This document shows positions 25,774 to 32,961 of a DNA stretch of 32,961 bases, in pieces (the stretch's first letter is position 1; each line of letters begins with the position of its first letter). A model generated the notes under the pieces. It made no database searches and had not been told where the DNA came from. It was given only the letters and a program-made list of their open reading frames with translations. Both the position numbers and the translations under genes were made by a program. Source of the DNA: an uncultured Candidatus Bathyarchaeia archaeon (lineage in GTDB: Archaea > Thermoproteota > Bathyarchaeia > Bathyarchaeales > Bathycorpusculaceae); the NCBI GenBank assembly GCA_964596465.1, contig CAZQTZ010000001.1, positions 1 to 32,961 on the forward strand, in the 5' to 3' direction.

Positions 25774-27192
25774 TTGTCACGTTACTCTTTTATACTTGTT
25801 AGAGTCGGTTTGGTAGATACCTCGGGACCATATGTGGATTACATTGCAACTATTGCGTTGACAATATTCGGAATTACTTTATTTCTTATGATTAAACGCC
25901 CCCGAGGATTACGTTTAGGTTATGCGGCTGGAATCGGTGCTTTACTCTCGCTTCTATTTGGCACTGTTACTTTAGGTCAAGCAGCTGAATCAATGTTAGA
26001 CATTTGGGATGCGGCTTTAGCATTTATTGGTATTGTTGCGTTGTCGGTTACTCTTGATGCTATGGGTTTTTTCAAATGGGCTGCGCTTCGAATAGTCAGG
26101 CTTTCTGATGGTAGTGGTTTAAAACTTTACTTTTATGTGTCTTTACTTACTGCCATTGCAAGTATACTTTTTGCAAATGACAGCGCCGTTCTTATTTTGA
26201 CTCCGATTGTTCTTGAGATTATTAGCCAATTAAAGATAGATCAAAAAGGACGGTTAGCTTACTTGTTTTCGGCGGGGTTAATTGCTGACACTGCCGCTAT
26301 GCCTCTTCTCACAAGTAATCCCATTAACATTCTAAGCGCCGACTTTTTCAAGTATACTTTCATAGATCATCTACTCTTCATGGGATTAGTTGCCGTGGCT
26401 ACAATTGCAAGTAGTATCCTGATAGTCTATGCTTTTTTCTATAAAAAAATCCCAAAAACATTCGATAGAAACCTTATTGACATCTTAATTAATGGGACAG
26501 AAATTATCTCACCACGATTATTAAAAACATGTTTTGCAATACTGATAGCCATCGATATAGGATATGTTTTTGCTTCACTAGACAGAATACCTGTTTCATT
26601 GGTGATTTGTTCAGGAGCTATACTGCTAATCTGTGCGTATTGGTCAAATCTAAAAATTTCAAGTAATGTAAGTAGCGAGAAAAAGGGATTAATAAGTATC
26701 GCTCGAGAAATCAATTGGGATATTATTCTTTTTATGCTAAGCATTTTTTTGGTGGTCCAAGGATTAGAAGCAGCCGGTGTAGTTGGATTCTTAGCTTCAG
26801 TATTTGTAACTACTAGCTCCTTGCCTTCATTTCTTGGTGTATTTGTGCCGAGTTTAATAATTACGATCGGAGCGAGTTTTATGAACAATTGGCCGATGAC
26901 GATTTTAGGTCTTTTTTCTATTAAAGAAGCAATTGCAGTTGCAGGATTAGGAAGCCAAACAGTGGCTAGCCTAATCTTTAGTAATATTATAGGTAATAAT
27001 TTAGGGCCCCATTTCTTTCCCCTTGGCTCTTTAGCAATTCTGATGTGGCTTGATTGTATGCGCCGAAAAGGTGTGACTATTAGTCTTAAAGAGTATCTTA
27101 AAGTGGGGGCAGTGCTTTCAATTGTGGAAGTTGCTGTGGCATCTATAATTCTGTGGTTAGAATTAAGTCTGGGTTTTACATTAAATCTATAA
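25774..27192 (+). CDS. ArsB/NhaD-superfamily permease (arsenical pump/citrate-transporter-like)
   Basis: It is polytopic with about 10-12 TM helices and carries the motif LFANDSAVLILTPIV. The more likely start is GTG 25834 (MDYIATIALTIFGITLFLMIKRP). Confidence 0.8.
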   Translation: MSRYSFILVRVGLVDTSGPYVDYIATIALTIFGITLFLMIKRPRGLRLGYAAGIGALLSLLFGTVTLGQAAESMLDIWDAALAFIGIVALSVTLDAMGFFKWAALRIVRLSDGSGLKLYFYVSLLTAIASILFANDSAVLILTPIVLEIISQLKIDQKGRLAYLFSAGLIADTAAMPLLTSNPINILSADFFKYTFIDHLLFMGLVAVATIASSILIVYAFFYKKIPKTFDRNLIDILINGTEIISPRLLKTCFAILIAIDIGYVFASLDRIPVSLVICSGAILLICAYWSNLKISSNVSSEKKGLISIAREINWDIILFMLSIFLVVQGLEAAGVVGFLASVFVTTSSLPSFLGVFVPSLIITIGASFMNNWPMTILGLFSIKEAIAVAGLGSQTVASLIFSNIIGNNLGPHFFPLGSLAILMWLDCMRRKGVTISLKEYLKVGAVLSIVEVAVASIILWLELSLGFTLNL

Positions 27193-27271
27193 TTGGTTTG
27201 GCATCCTTATTCATCCTAAACGAAAGAAAAAGAACATTAGATTGATTAGTTATTGTACTAAAAGTTAGGGC

Positions 27272-27360
27272 TTGACGGATCCAAGTTTGTTAACTTGGCG
27301 CGGACCTCAAAAGGAACCTTACTGGGGAATGAGGGGACACACTTTTCCGCGTTCCGTTAA
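27272..27360 (+). ncRNA. Candidate GC-rich structured RNA (three-way junction), family unknown
   Basis: P1 pairs 27272-27278 with 27354-27360 (7 bp, one G-U). P2 is a hairpin, 27281-27287/27292-27298, with loop TGTT. P3 pairs 27299-27304 with 27346-27351, and P4 pairs 27305-27309 with 27330-27334. The G-U pair would be an A-C mismatch on the minus strand, which favours the plus strand. By eye the GC content is clearly above that of the flanks. Confidence 0.3.
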
Positions 27361-27564
27361 CTCCTGACCCGCCAAACCTTTGATGCAACGTTTGATGGCT
27401 TCAGGACACATTACTAATGATGGTGTGGAAAACTTAAAAGTGTTTGTGACTGTCTGTACACTACAACAAACAACATGTTTTGGCTGCGATGTTGTTCATT
27501 TTTTTGGATTTTATCTGTCTTTTTTTGTGAGTTTTATTTTTACGCTGATTTTTTGGAGTAGAAA

Positions 27565-27636
27565 GTAGTACTTATGATTAGTAGTACCTAATTATAAGTG
27601 TAAAGCTTATAAGTACTACTGATATAGTGGTAGTAC
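27565..27636. promoter_or_regulatory. Repeated GTAGTAC/GTACTAC motifs upstream of vapBC, a candidate antitoxin operator
   Basis: GTAGTAC occurs at 27565, 27581 and 27630, and its reverse complement GTACTAC at 27613. These are interleaved with ACTTAT/ATAAGT inverted repeats. The array ends 12 nt before the vapB ATG. Confidence 0.4.
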
Positions 27637-27647
27637 CGTGAGCGAGT

Positions 27648-27878
27648 ATGGATGATGAAGTCATAGTCACAAGAAAAGGTCAGACAACCATTCCCATCAA
27701 GCTACGAGAAAAATACAATATCGAAGAAGGCACACGTCTCCAAGTATTAGATACCAACAACGGAATCCTCCTAAAACCCAAACAATCCACACTTGACCTC
27801 GCCGGATCAGGTGGGCGATTTGCCACACCTGAAGAAATGAAAACTCTTCTATCAAAATTAAGGGACTTAGATGCCTAA
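27648..27878 (+). CDS. vapB: AbrB/SpoVT-family antitoxin
   Basis: VIVTRKGQTTIPIKLREKYNIEEGTRL is a SpoVT-AbrB swapped-hairpin motif. The gene overlaps the PIN gene by 8 nt. Confidence 0.8.
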   Translation: MDDEVIVTRKGQTTIPIKLREKYNIEEGTRLQVLDTNNGILLKPKQSTLDLAGSGGRFATPEEMKTLLSKLRDLDA

Positions 27879-28257
27879 AACGGTGTATGACACCCGATTC
27901 TTCCTTGAACACTACTATAGCCAAGAAAATTCTAGACTTAAGAAAACAAAAGAGGCCATTCGAAACGCCAAAGAGCGCTTCATCTCTGCAATCGTTCTTC
28001 ACGAAATATTCTGGCTTACTCTTGAACAGGAAGGATTAGAGACCGCAACTTTACGTGCAAGTCTTTTAGAAAAAGATTTTAAAGTTATAAAAATCGATGC
28101 TGAAATCGCAAAGAACAGCGCTCAATTACGCCATAAATATCGTATTGGTATGGCAGAAAGTATTATCGCCGCGACAGCTCTTATTTTAAAAGCAACTTGC
28201 CTCTCAGATGATCCCCACTTTAAGAATGTGCAAGACTTAAAAACAAGTTGGATTTGA
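27871..28257 (+). CDS. vapC: PIN-domain toxin
   Basis: The acidic residues sit in the expected contexts (VYDTRFF, LHEI, LSDDPHF). At 128 aa the length fits. Confidence 0.8.
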   Translation: MPKTVYDTRFFLEHYYSQENSRLKKTKEAIRNAKERFISAIVLHEIFWLTLEQEGLETATLRASLLEKDFKVIKIDAEIAKNSAQLRHKYRIGMAESIIAATALILKATCLSDDPHFKNVQDLKTSWI

Positions 28258-28526
28258 GAAATTTACCTCTCTAATATACACTGAACCATTTTATAGCTTA
28301 TTTTTTAGAATTTTTCCTTATTTTTCTTACATAAAAGTTGCATTTTCCTTATCCACTTTTTTGCCACAACAATAATTTTATCTCGATTAATGTGGTTTTT
28401 CCTGCATCGGATTTGTCGTTTAGAATCAATGATTCTTTAAAATACCTCTTCTTTTAACCAGAAGTCTAATATGTTATTGAATTCCTTTTCAACACAAAAC
28501 GGCACACAATCTGGCGTAATCTGAAA

Positions 28527-29744
28527 ATGACTGATGAAAACTTTGAAGCTGATTTTCCAACTGAATTGATAGCTGAAGGTAAAATCAAAATCATAGCGCC
28601 TAAACTGGAAGCATACGGGGTGACCCCTTCAGATTATGCTCCTGGAAGAGCCCCCGTTTTTTATAACCCTGTAATGGAATTCAATAGGGACCTTACAGTT
28701 TTGGCTTTCCAAGCATTTCAGCGAATGCTTAAGCGGAAAATAACAATATGTGATCCTTTAACTGGAACAGGAATTCGAAGCATTAGGTTTGCAGCTGAAA
28801 TTGAAGGTATTAAAAAAATTGTAAGCGGTGATATCAATCAACGCTCTGCTAACCTTACCGCTTACAACATAAAACTTAATGGGCTTCAAAAAAAGGTTAT
28901 AATTAAGCACAAGGATGCTAATCGACTTCTCAGTGAGTATAGTGCTCCGAAAAAGCGCTTCGATATTATTGATATTGATCCTTTTGGGACTCCAGTTCCA
29001 CATTTAACTTCCGCTGTTAGTGCTCTACGTAATAATGGACTATTAGCTGCAACAGCAACCGATATGGCGCCATTATGTGGAGTTCATGCTAAAGCCTGTG
29101 TACGAAAATATGGTGGGCGCCCTATGCGTACTGAATATTGTCATGAATTGGCAATTCGTTTCTTATCTGCTGCCATAGCCACAACCGCCGCAAAGTATGA
29201 AGTCGGAATAAATATCCTATTCAGTCATTGCACTAATCATTACATTCGTGTATATGCTCAAATTGGCTATGGTGCACAAAAAGCTGATGATAGCGTCAAA
29301 AATCTTGGTTATGTTCTTCATTGTTTTAATTGTCTTCATCGTGAAATCACAACACATCCGTTTGTTGAAAATCTAAAATGTCCCGAATGTGGCACCTCCA
29401 TGGACTACGCAGGTCCCCTTTGGATAGGCAGAATCTCCAATGCTAAATTCGTTGAACTGATGCAAAACGAAAATAGTCACAGAGCCTTCAAAAACAGTAG
29501 CAAAATTAGCAAGCTTCTCTCTTTAATTAAAGAGGAAGCCGAAGCACCTCCTACATACTATGTTCTGGATCGGATTAGCAAGAAACTTAACTTACCTGCC
29601 TCTTCAAATTTCGCTTTTTTCCAGGCTCTAAAAAATGCCGGCTTTAAAGCAATACCAACACACTTTAATCCTCAAGGTATACGAACAAACGCTTCTGCAA
29701 TTGATTTACAGACAATACTCAAAAAACTCGTAGCGTCTAACTAG
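28527..29744 (+). CDS. trm1: tRNA (guanine26-N2)-dimethyltransferase
   Basis: It carries FYNPVMEFNRDL, IDIDPFGTP and a C-terminal Zn motif (CFNC...CPECG). Confidence 0.9.
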   Translation: MTDENFEADFPTELIAEGKIKIIAPKLEAYGVTPSDYAPGRAPVFYNPVMEFNRDLTVLAFQAFQRMLKRKITICDPLTGTGIRSIRFAAEIEGIKKIVSGDINQRSANLTAYNIKLNGLQKKVIIKHKDANRLLSEYSAPKKRFDIIDIDPFGTPVPHLTSAVSALRNNGLLAATATDMAPLCGVHAKACVRKYGGRPMRTEYCHELAIRFLSAAIATTAAKYEVGINILFSHCTNHYIRVYAQIGYGAQKADDSVKNLGYVLHCFNCLHREITTHPFVENLKCPECGTSMDYAGPLWIGRISNAKFVELMQNENSHRAFKNSSKISKLLSLIKEEAEAPPTYYVLDRISKKLNLPASSNFAFFQALKNAGFKAIPTHFNPQGIRTNASAIDLQTILKKLVASN

Positions 29745-29818
29745 TTTTAGAAACAAATGTAATAAAAGTTTAAGAGCAGAAAGGGTACGTAGATAGAAAC
29801 AAAAGGTGTACTCGGCAA

Positions 29819-30634
29819 ATGGCAGAAAAAATAGCAATTCTGGGCGCAGGCATGATGGGTGGCGCCATAGCAAAAAGCCTCCTTAAAAGTGGGTATAAAG
29901 GAAACGTCACTGTAACAGATTGTTCTTCTGAACGCATAAAAGAAATGAAGGCTTGCGGAATTTGTACTATAGAAAGCAATAAACAAGCAGCTTTACAAGC
30001 CGATATAATTTTTATCTGTGTCAAACCTGGGGATGTAGGAAAACTTATCAAAGAAATAGCTGACGAAGTGAAAGGAAAGCTTGTTATCTCGATAGCAGCT
30101 ACACTTCCTTTATCTTACTTAAAGAAACTTGAGCCTAAGGCGAAATTCATTAGAGTGATGCCCAATTTGGCAATTTTAGTTCAAGCCGCTTATACTGCAT
30201 ATTGTTGCTCTGAAAACGTAACAATTAAAGAGAAAGAGAAAATCAAGACTCTGCTTAATATGCTGGGTTTAAGTGAAGAAGTTGAAGAAAAATACATGGA
30301 TGCAATAACTGGTCTTTCTGGTAGTGGACCTGGTTACTTAGCTGTTATAGCAGAAGCAATGGTCTATGGTGGGTTAAAGGTAGGTCTTCCACGAAATATA
30401 GCATTAAATGCCTCAGCCCAGACTATGCTCGGAACAGGAAAACTCATCTTAGAACTCCAAGAAAATCCTGGAAAAATAAAAGATATGGTTACCACTCCAG
30501 GAGGAACGACAATCGAGGCAATATTTGCGCTCGAAGGTAGTCAAGTCAGACAAGCTTTGATGCAGGCAATCGAAGAAGCAACGCAGAAAAGCCAAAAAAT
30601 TCGTGAAAAAATCTGTTGCAAGGACACTGCCTAA
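29819..30634 (+). CDS. proC: Pyrroline-5-carboxylate reductase
   Basis: It carries the IAILGAGMMGGAI Rossmann motif, VMPNLA and TTPGGTTIEA. Confidence 0.9.
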   Translation: MAEKIAILGAGMMGGAIAKSLLKSGYKGNVTVTDCSSERIKEMKACGICTIESNKQAALQADIIFICVKPGDVGKLIKEIADEVKGKLVISIAATLPLSYLKKLEPKAKFIRVMPNLAILVQAAYTAYCCSENVTIKEKEKIKTLLNMLGLSEEVEEKYMDAITGLSGSGPGYLAVIAEAMVYGGLKVGLPRNIALNASAQTMLGTGKLILELQENPGKIKDMVTTPGGTTIEAIFALEGSQVRQALMQAIEEATQKSQKIREKICCKDTA

Positions 30635-30661
30635 TATTTAGCATCAGGAAATTTGGTTTGG

Positions 30662-31321
30662 ATGTTTGAAGCTGTTATCTTTGATTGGGATGGAACTTTA
30701 GCTGACACAACAGCGGTTCTCTTAATCTCCTTTAAGAAGGCATTGCGGGAAATCAACTGTGAAGTAACTGATGATTTGATTACCCGACGCATTGGGATAG
30801 GTACTGTGAATACCTTCCAAGAAATTCTACGTGAAAAGCATGTGAATTTTGATAACGCGCTAATTCAGAAGCTCTTAGAAATAAAAGTTAAAACCGAAAT
30901 TCTTCACAGCAATCAAATTAATTTATTCGATGGGGCGCTTGAGCTGCTCGCCTCTTTAAAGGGAAAAATCAAAGTAGCTCTAGCTTCGATGAATCATCGT
31001 GAATTCATCGATCATATGTTAAAAGAAAAGCAACTCCAAAGTTTTTTTGATTTTACTCTTACTACAGCTGAGGTTAAAAAACCCAAACCTGACCCTGAGA
31101 TTTTTCTAAAAGCCGCTCTTCATCTTAAAATTAATCCTGAAAAATGTATTGTAGTTGAAGATTCTATTTTTGGTGTTAGAGCGGCAAAACAGGCAAATAT
31201 GGCTTGTATTGCTGTAACTCAGGGCGCTTATTCACGTGAAGAATTGATTGGAGAAAAACCTGACCTTATCGTTAATTCTCTTAAGGAAAAAGACTCTATC
31301 CTCCAACTAATCTTCAAATAA
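30662..31321 (+). CDS. HAD-superfamily hydrolase (subfamily IA, PGP/beta-PGM-like)
   Basis: It carries AVIFDWDGTLADT (DxDGT), KPKPDPEIF and VVEDSIFGVRAA. The ATG at 30662 is preferred over the TTG at 30653. Confidence 0.8.
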   Translation: MFEAVIFDWDGTLADTTAVLLISFKKALREINCEVTDDLITRRIGIGTVNTFQEILREKHVNFDNALIQKLLEIKVKTEILHSNQINLFDGALELLASLKGKIKVALASMNHREFIDHMLKEKQLQSFFDFTLTTAEVKKPKPDPEIFLKAALHLKINPEKCIVVEDSIFGVRAAKQANMACIAVTQGAYSREELIGEKPDLIVNSLKEKDSILQLIFK

Positions 31322-31392
31322 ATTCAATCCGATGTTGTTGTGTAATGACAACCACATAAGCTTAAATTTTTTTTAATGAATAAACGCGAAAT

Positions 31393-31563
31393 ATGACACA
31401 TCAAGGCGTATTAAAATCCCTATCCCAGAACATCTGTGACCATTCAAATCAGCGTTTGTATACTCAACGGTGTTTTGATATTCTTAATGGCTTTGAATTA
31501 ATTTCAACTAAGTGTATAAATTGTCATAAAACATTGATTCTCGAAATAAAAAAACTAAACTAG
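31393..31563 (+). CDS. Possible 56-aa Cys-rich ORF, not in the ORF track
   Basis: I translated it by hand as MTHQGVLKSLSQNICDHSNQRLYTQRCFDILNGFELISTKCINCHKTLILEIKKLN. It contains C-x-H, a lone C, and C-x-x-C-H. It fills the gap between two HAD genes. There is no other support. Confidence 0.2.
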   Translation: MTHQGVLKSLSQNICDHSNQRLYTQRCFDILNGFELISTKCINCHKTLILEIKKLN

Positions 31564-31573
31564 TAAAATAAAA

Positions 31574-32263
31574 TCAGTCTTGGGTTTCTTTATTTATACG
31601 CTCGATAAGGGTTGGTAAATCTGTTATTGAGGTTATTACGTAATTTGCGCCTTCTCTTGAAAGCTGTTCTCGGGTAGACACACCTGTAGTCAATCCTATG
31701 GCTAATATGTTGAGTTCTTTGGCTACTTTCATGTCGCTTGCGCTGTCTCCGATGACCATGGTTTCATCTGTAGGGATGCCAAGCGATTTGAGTGCTATTT
31801 CGAGGTGTTCAGGGTGAGGTTTGACGCTGTTGGTGGTTTCTCTTGGGACGGTAACATCAAAATATTCAGTAAGCTTGAATCGATTTAAGATATAATTTGT
31901 AGTTTTTTGGCTGTTAAGTGTGCACAGAGCCATTTTTAGATTAGATGTTCTGAGATTTTTTAGTGTATCAATCGTTCCTGGTAAAAGATTTGTGCTTGAC
32001 GCTGCTTCTAATTCATATTTCTCGGCTATACCTAATGCTTCTTTACGAATGCCCTCTATTACTGATTCTGTTTTTCCAGAATTTCTCATGAATAACTCTG
32101 TTTTTTTAAGCATTTCAAAGATGTTTTCGTTAACGCCAATAACTGATGCCGGAACACCCATCTTAAGCAGGTACCCTCTGACTTCTGCACGGGCTTCTTT
32201 ATAATCCAAATTGAAGCTGGTTATTGTTCCATCTAAATCAAAGATTACTGCTTTTATGGGCAT
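31574..32263 (-). CDS. HAD-superfamily hydrolase (subfamily IA)
   Basis: It carries AVIFDLDGTITS, KPHPEHL and VIGDSASDMKVA. Confidence 0.8.
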   Translation of the reverse strand: MPIKAVIFDLDGTITSFNLDYKEARAEVRGYLLKMGVPASVIGVNENIFEMLKKTELFMRNSGKTESVIEGIRKEALGIAEKYELEAASSTNLLPGTIDTLKNLRTSNLKMALCTLNSQKTTNYILNRFKLTEYFDVTVPRETTNSVKPHPEHLEIALKSLGIPTDETMVIGDSASDMKVAKELNILAIGLTTGVSTREQLSREGANYVITSITDLPTLIERINKETQD

Positions 32264-32605
32264 GAACTTACCTTCTTGTTTAATTGAAGCTGGTAAAGCA
32301 ATTTTATGATGGGAAATATACCTTTTGGTAAACTATTCCTGATAATCAATACTGTAGTTCGCTTAATCAGAAGTTTTCTTTAGGTACGTTTTTCGTTTTA
32401 AGCTTTTTTATTATTTTTGGTTTGATTAGTGTTTATCTTATGATGATTTTTTTGAACAAACATAAAGTAAATTGCAAGAAATATATTTATATGATTAGAT
32501 TATTGTCAGTTGACGTTACAATCAAGCGAATGGTGAGGGGGATGTTAAAAAAATGGGGGATGCTGACGGATCTGTGTTTAATTCAATTTTTCTAGGTGAG
32601 CAAGT

Positions 32606-32961
32606 TTGAAAATTGCAGTACTATGGACAGGCGGAAAAGATTCCTCTTTAGCCTATTTTAAAGTCATGAAGCAACATGAGACTAAAATATTTGTCAATTT
32701 TATTTGGAGAAAGCCTTCTTTTTCTCATCCACGAATTATAACCAAACTACAATCCGAAGCTCTGAAAAAACCCTTTTTATGGAGCCAACTTTCTGCATCT
32801 TATCCAGAATCGTATCGTGAAGTTATCACAAAATTAAAAAAAGTATATGGCATTGAGGCTGTAGTGGCTAGTGATATTAGTAATGTTGATGACTTTCATG
32901 GTAAATTGATAGATGATGTCTGTAAAGATGTCGGTGTTGAAGTCATTAAGCCTCTATGGGG
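32606..32961 (+). CDS. MJ0570/Dph6-family N-type ATP pyrophosphatase (diphthine-ammonia ligase-like), 3'-truncated by the window edge
   Basis: It has a TTG start, with an in-frame TGA 9 nt upstream. KIAVLWTGGKDSSLAY is a PP-loop variant of SGGKDS. It also carries ASDISNVDDFHGKLIDDVCKDVGVEVIKPLW. The frame is open to the end of the window. Confidence 0.7.
   Translation, partial: MKIAVLWTGGKDSSLAYFKVMKQHETKIFVNFIWRKPSFSHPRIITKLQSEALKKPFLWSQLSASYPESYREVITKLKKVYGIEAVVASDISNVDDFHGKLIDDVCKDVGVEVIKPLW

Noticed and set aside
27266-27378. I considered reading the GC-rich element as a tRNA or tRNA fragment (it ends ...CTGACCCGCCA), as 5S rRNA, or as a fluoride riboswitch (CCGCCAAAC).
   Set aside because: There is no acceptor stem complementary to the 3' end, and no T-loop (GTTCRA) or D-arm on either strand. 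I saw no 5S-like conserved loops. The GGCG...CGCC pairing of the crcB motif would have to be about 70 nt apart instead of about 8.
27380-27568. A 62-aa ORF (MMQRLMASGH...FFVSFIFTLIFWSRK) lies between the structured RNA candidate and vapBC.
   Set aside because: It has a TTG start and no motif. Its hydrophobic tail is encoded by a T-rich stretch that looks like promoter or terminator DNA and runs into the vapBC repeat array.
2867-31920. Many ORF-track entries lie antisense to, or out of frame within, well-supported genes. They start at 2867, 3407, 5438, 5927, 6707, 7007, 9324, 9519, 10174, 12708, 13562, 14124, 14693, 15317, 16382, 17363, 18385, 19510, 20259, 22169, 24553, 26439, 27697, 28758, 29747, 29770 and 31920.
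   Set aside because: Each is embedded in a gene with strong family motifs on the other strand or frame. Their translations are low-complexity or lack any recognisable motif, which is typical of shadow ORFs.
1-32961. I searched for CRISPR arrays, IS elements, integrases and prophage or defence islands.
   Set aside because: No regularly spaced direct repeats were seen, and no transposase, integrase or Cas-like ORFs. The only mobile-type module is the vapBC pair.

Overview
The window is an AT-rich, gene-dense chromosomal segment, about 85-90% coding. It is archaeal by gene content: RpoH, Trm1, an archaeal-type short LplA, an MJ0570/Dph6-type ATP pyrophosphatase, and oligo-T terminators. All calls come from reading the ORF track and the DNA by eye; no BLAST, HMM or folding program was run, and family consensus sequences are quoted from memory.

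Most genes are housekeeping:
- Class V aminotransferase followed by a DUF1015 protein
- DEAD-box helicase
- nrdR-nrdD-nrdG operon for class III ribonucleotide reductase
- rpoH, cysS, lplA, ilvC, trm1, proC
- Two HAD hydrolases, an ArsB/NhaD-type permease and a vapBC toxin-antitoxin pair

I saw no rRNA, canonical tRNA, CRISPR array, transposase or integrase.

The items most worth follow-up are:
1. A 183-aa RpoH whose roughly 110-aa N-terminal extension resembles the Rpb5 N-terminal (jaw) domain, which is usually described as eukaryote-specific.
2. Directly upstream of it, an ATP-cone fused to a PD-(D/E)xK (Mrr-like) nuclease domain. This is the third ATP-cone within 5 kb, and it shares a local motif with the RpoH extension.
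3. Two intergenic structured-RNA candidates. The one at 19037-19150 has pseudoknot topology and a bulge-helix-bulge-like motif. The one at 27272-27360 is a GC-rich three-way junction.
4. A bacterial-type NrdR heading the RNR operon, with a nested palindrome carrying NrdR-box half-sites at unusual spacing.
5. An LplA / divergent HMGL-like / BioB-like radical SAM neighbourhood that may encode LipS-type lipoyl synthesis.
6. A 900-aa PQQ-propeller surface protein with a Pro/Thr repeat stalk and a C-terminal anchor.

Small ORFs missed by the ORF track (a YHS-domain protein, a tiny TM peptide, a Cys-rich 56-aa ORF, a 3'-partial Dph6-like gene) are reported with appropriate caution.
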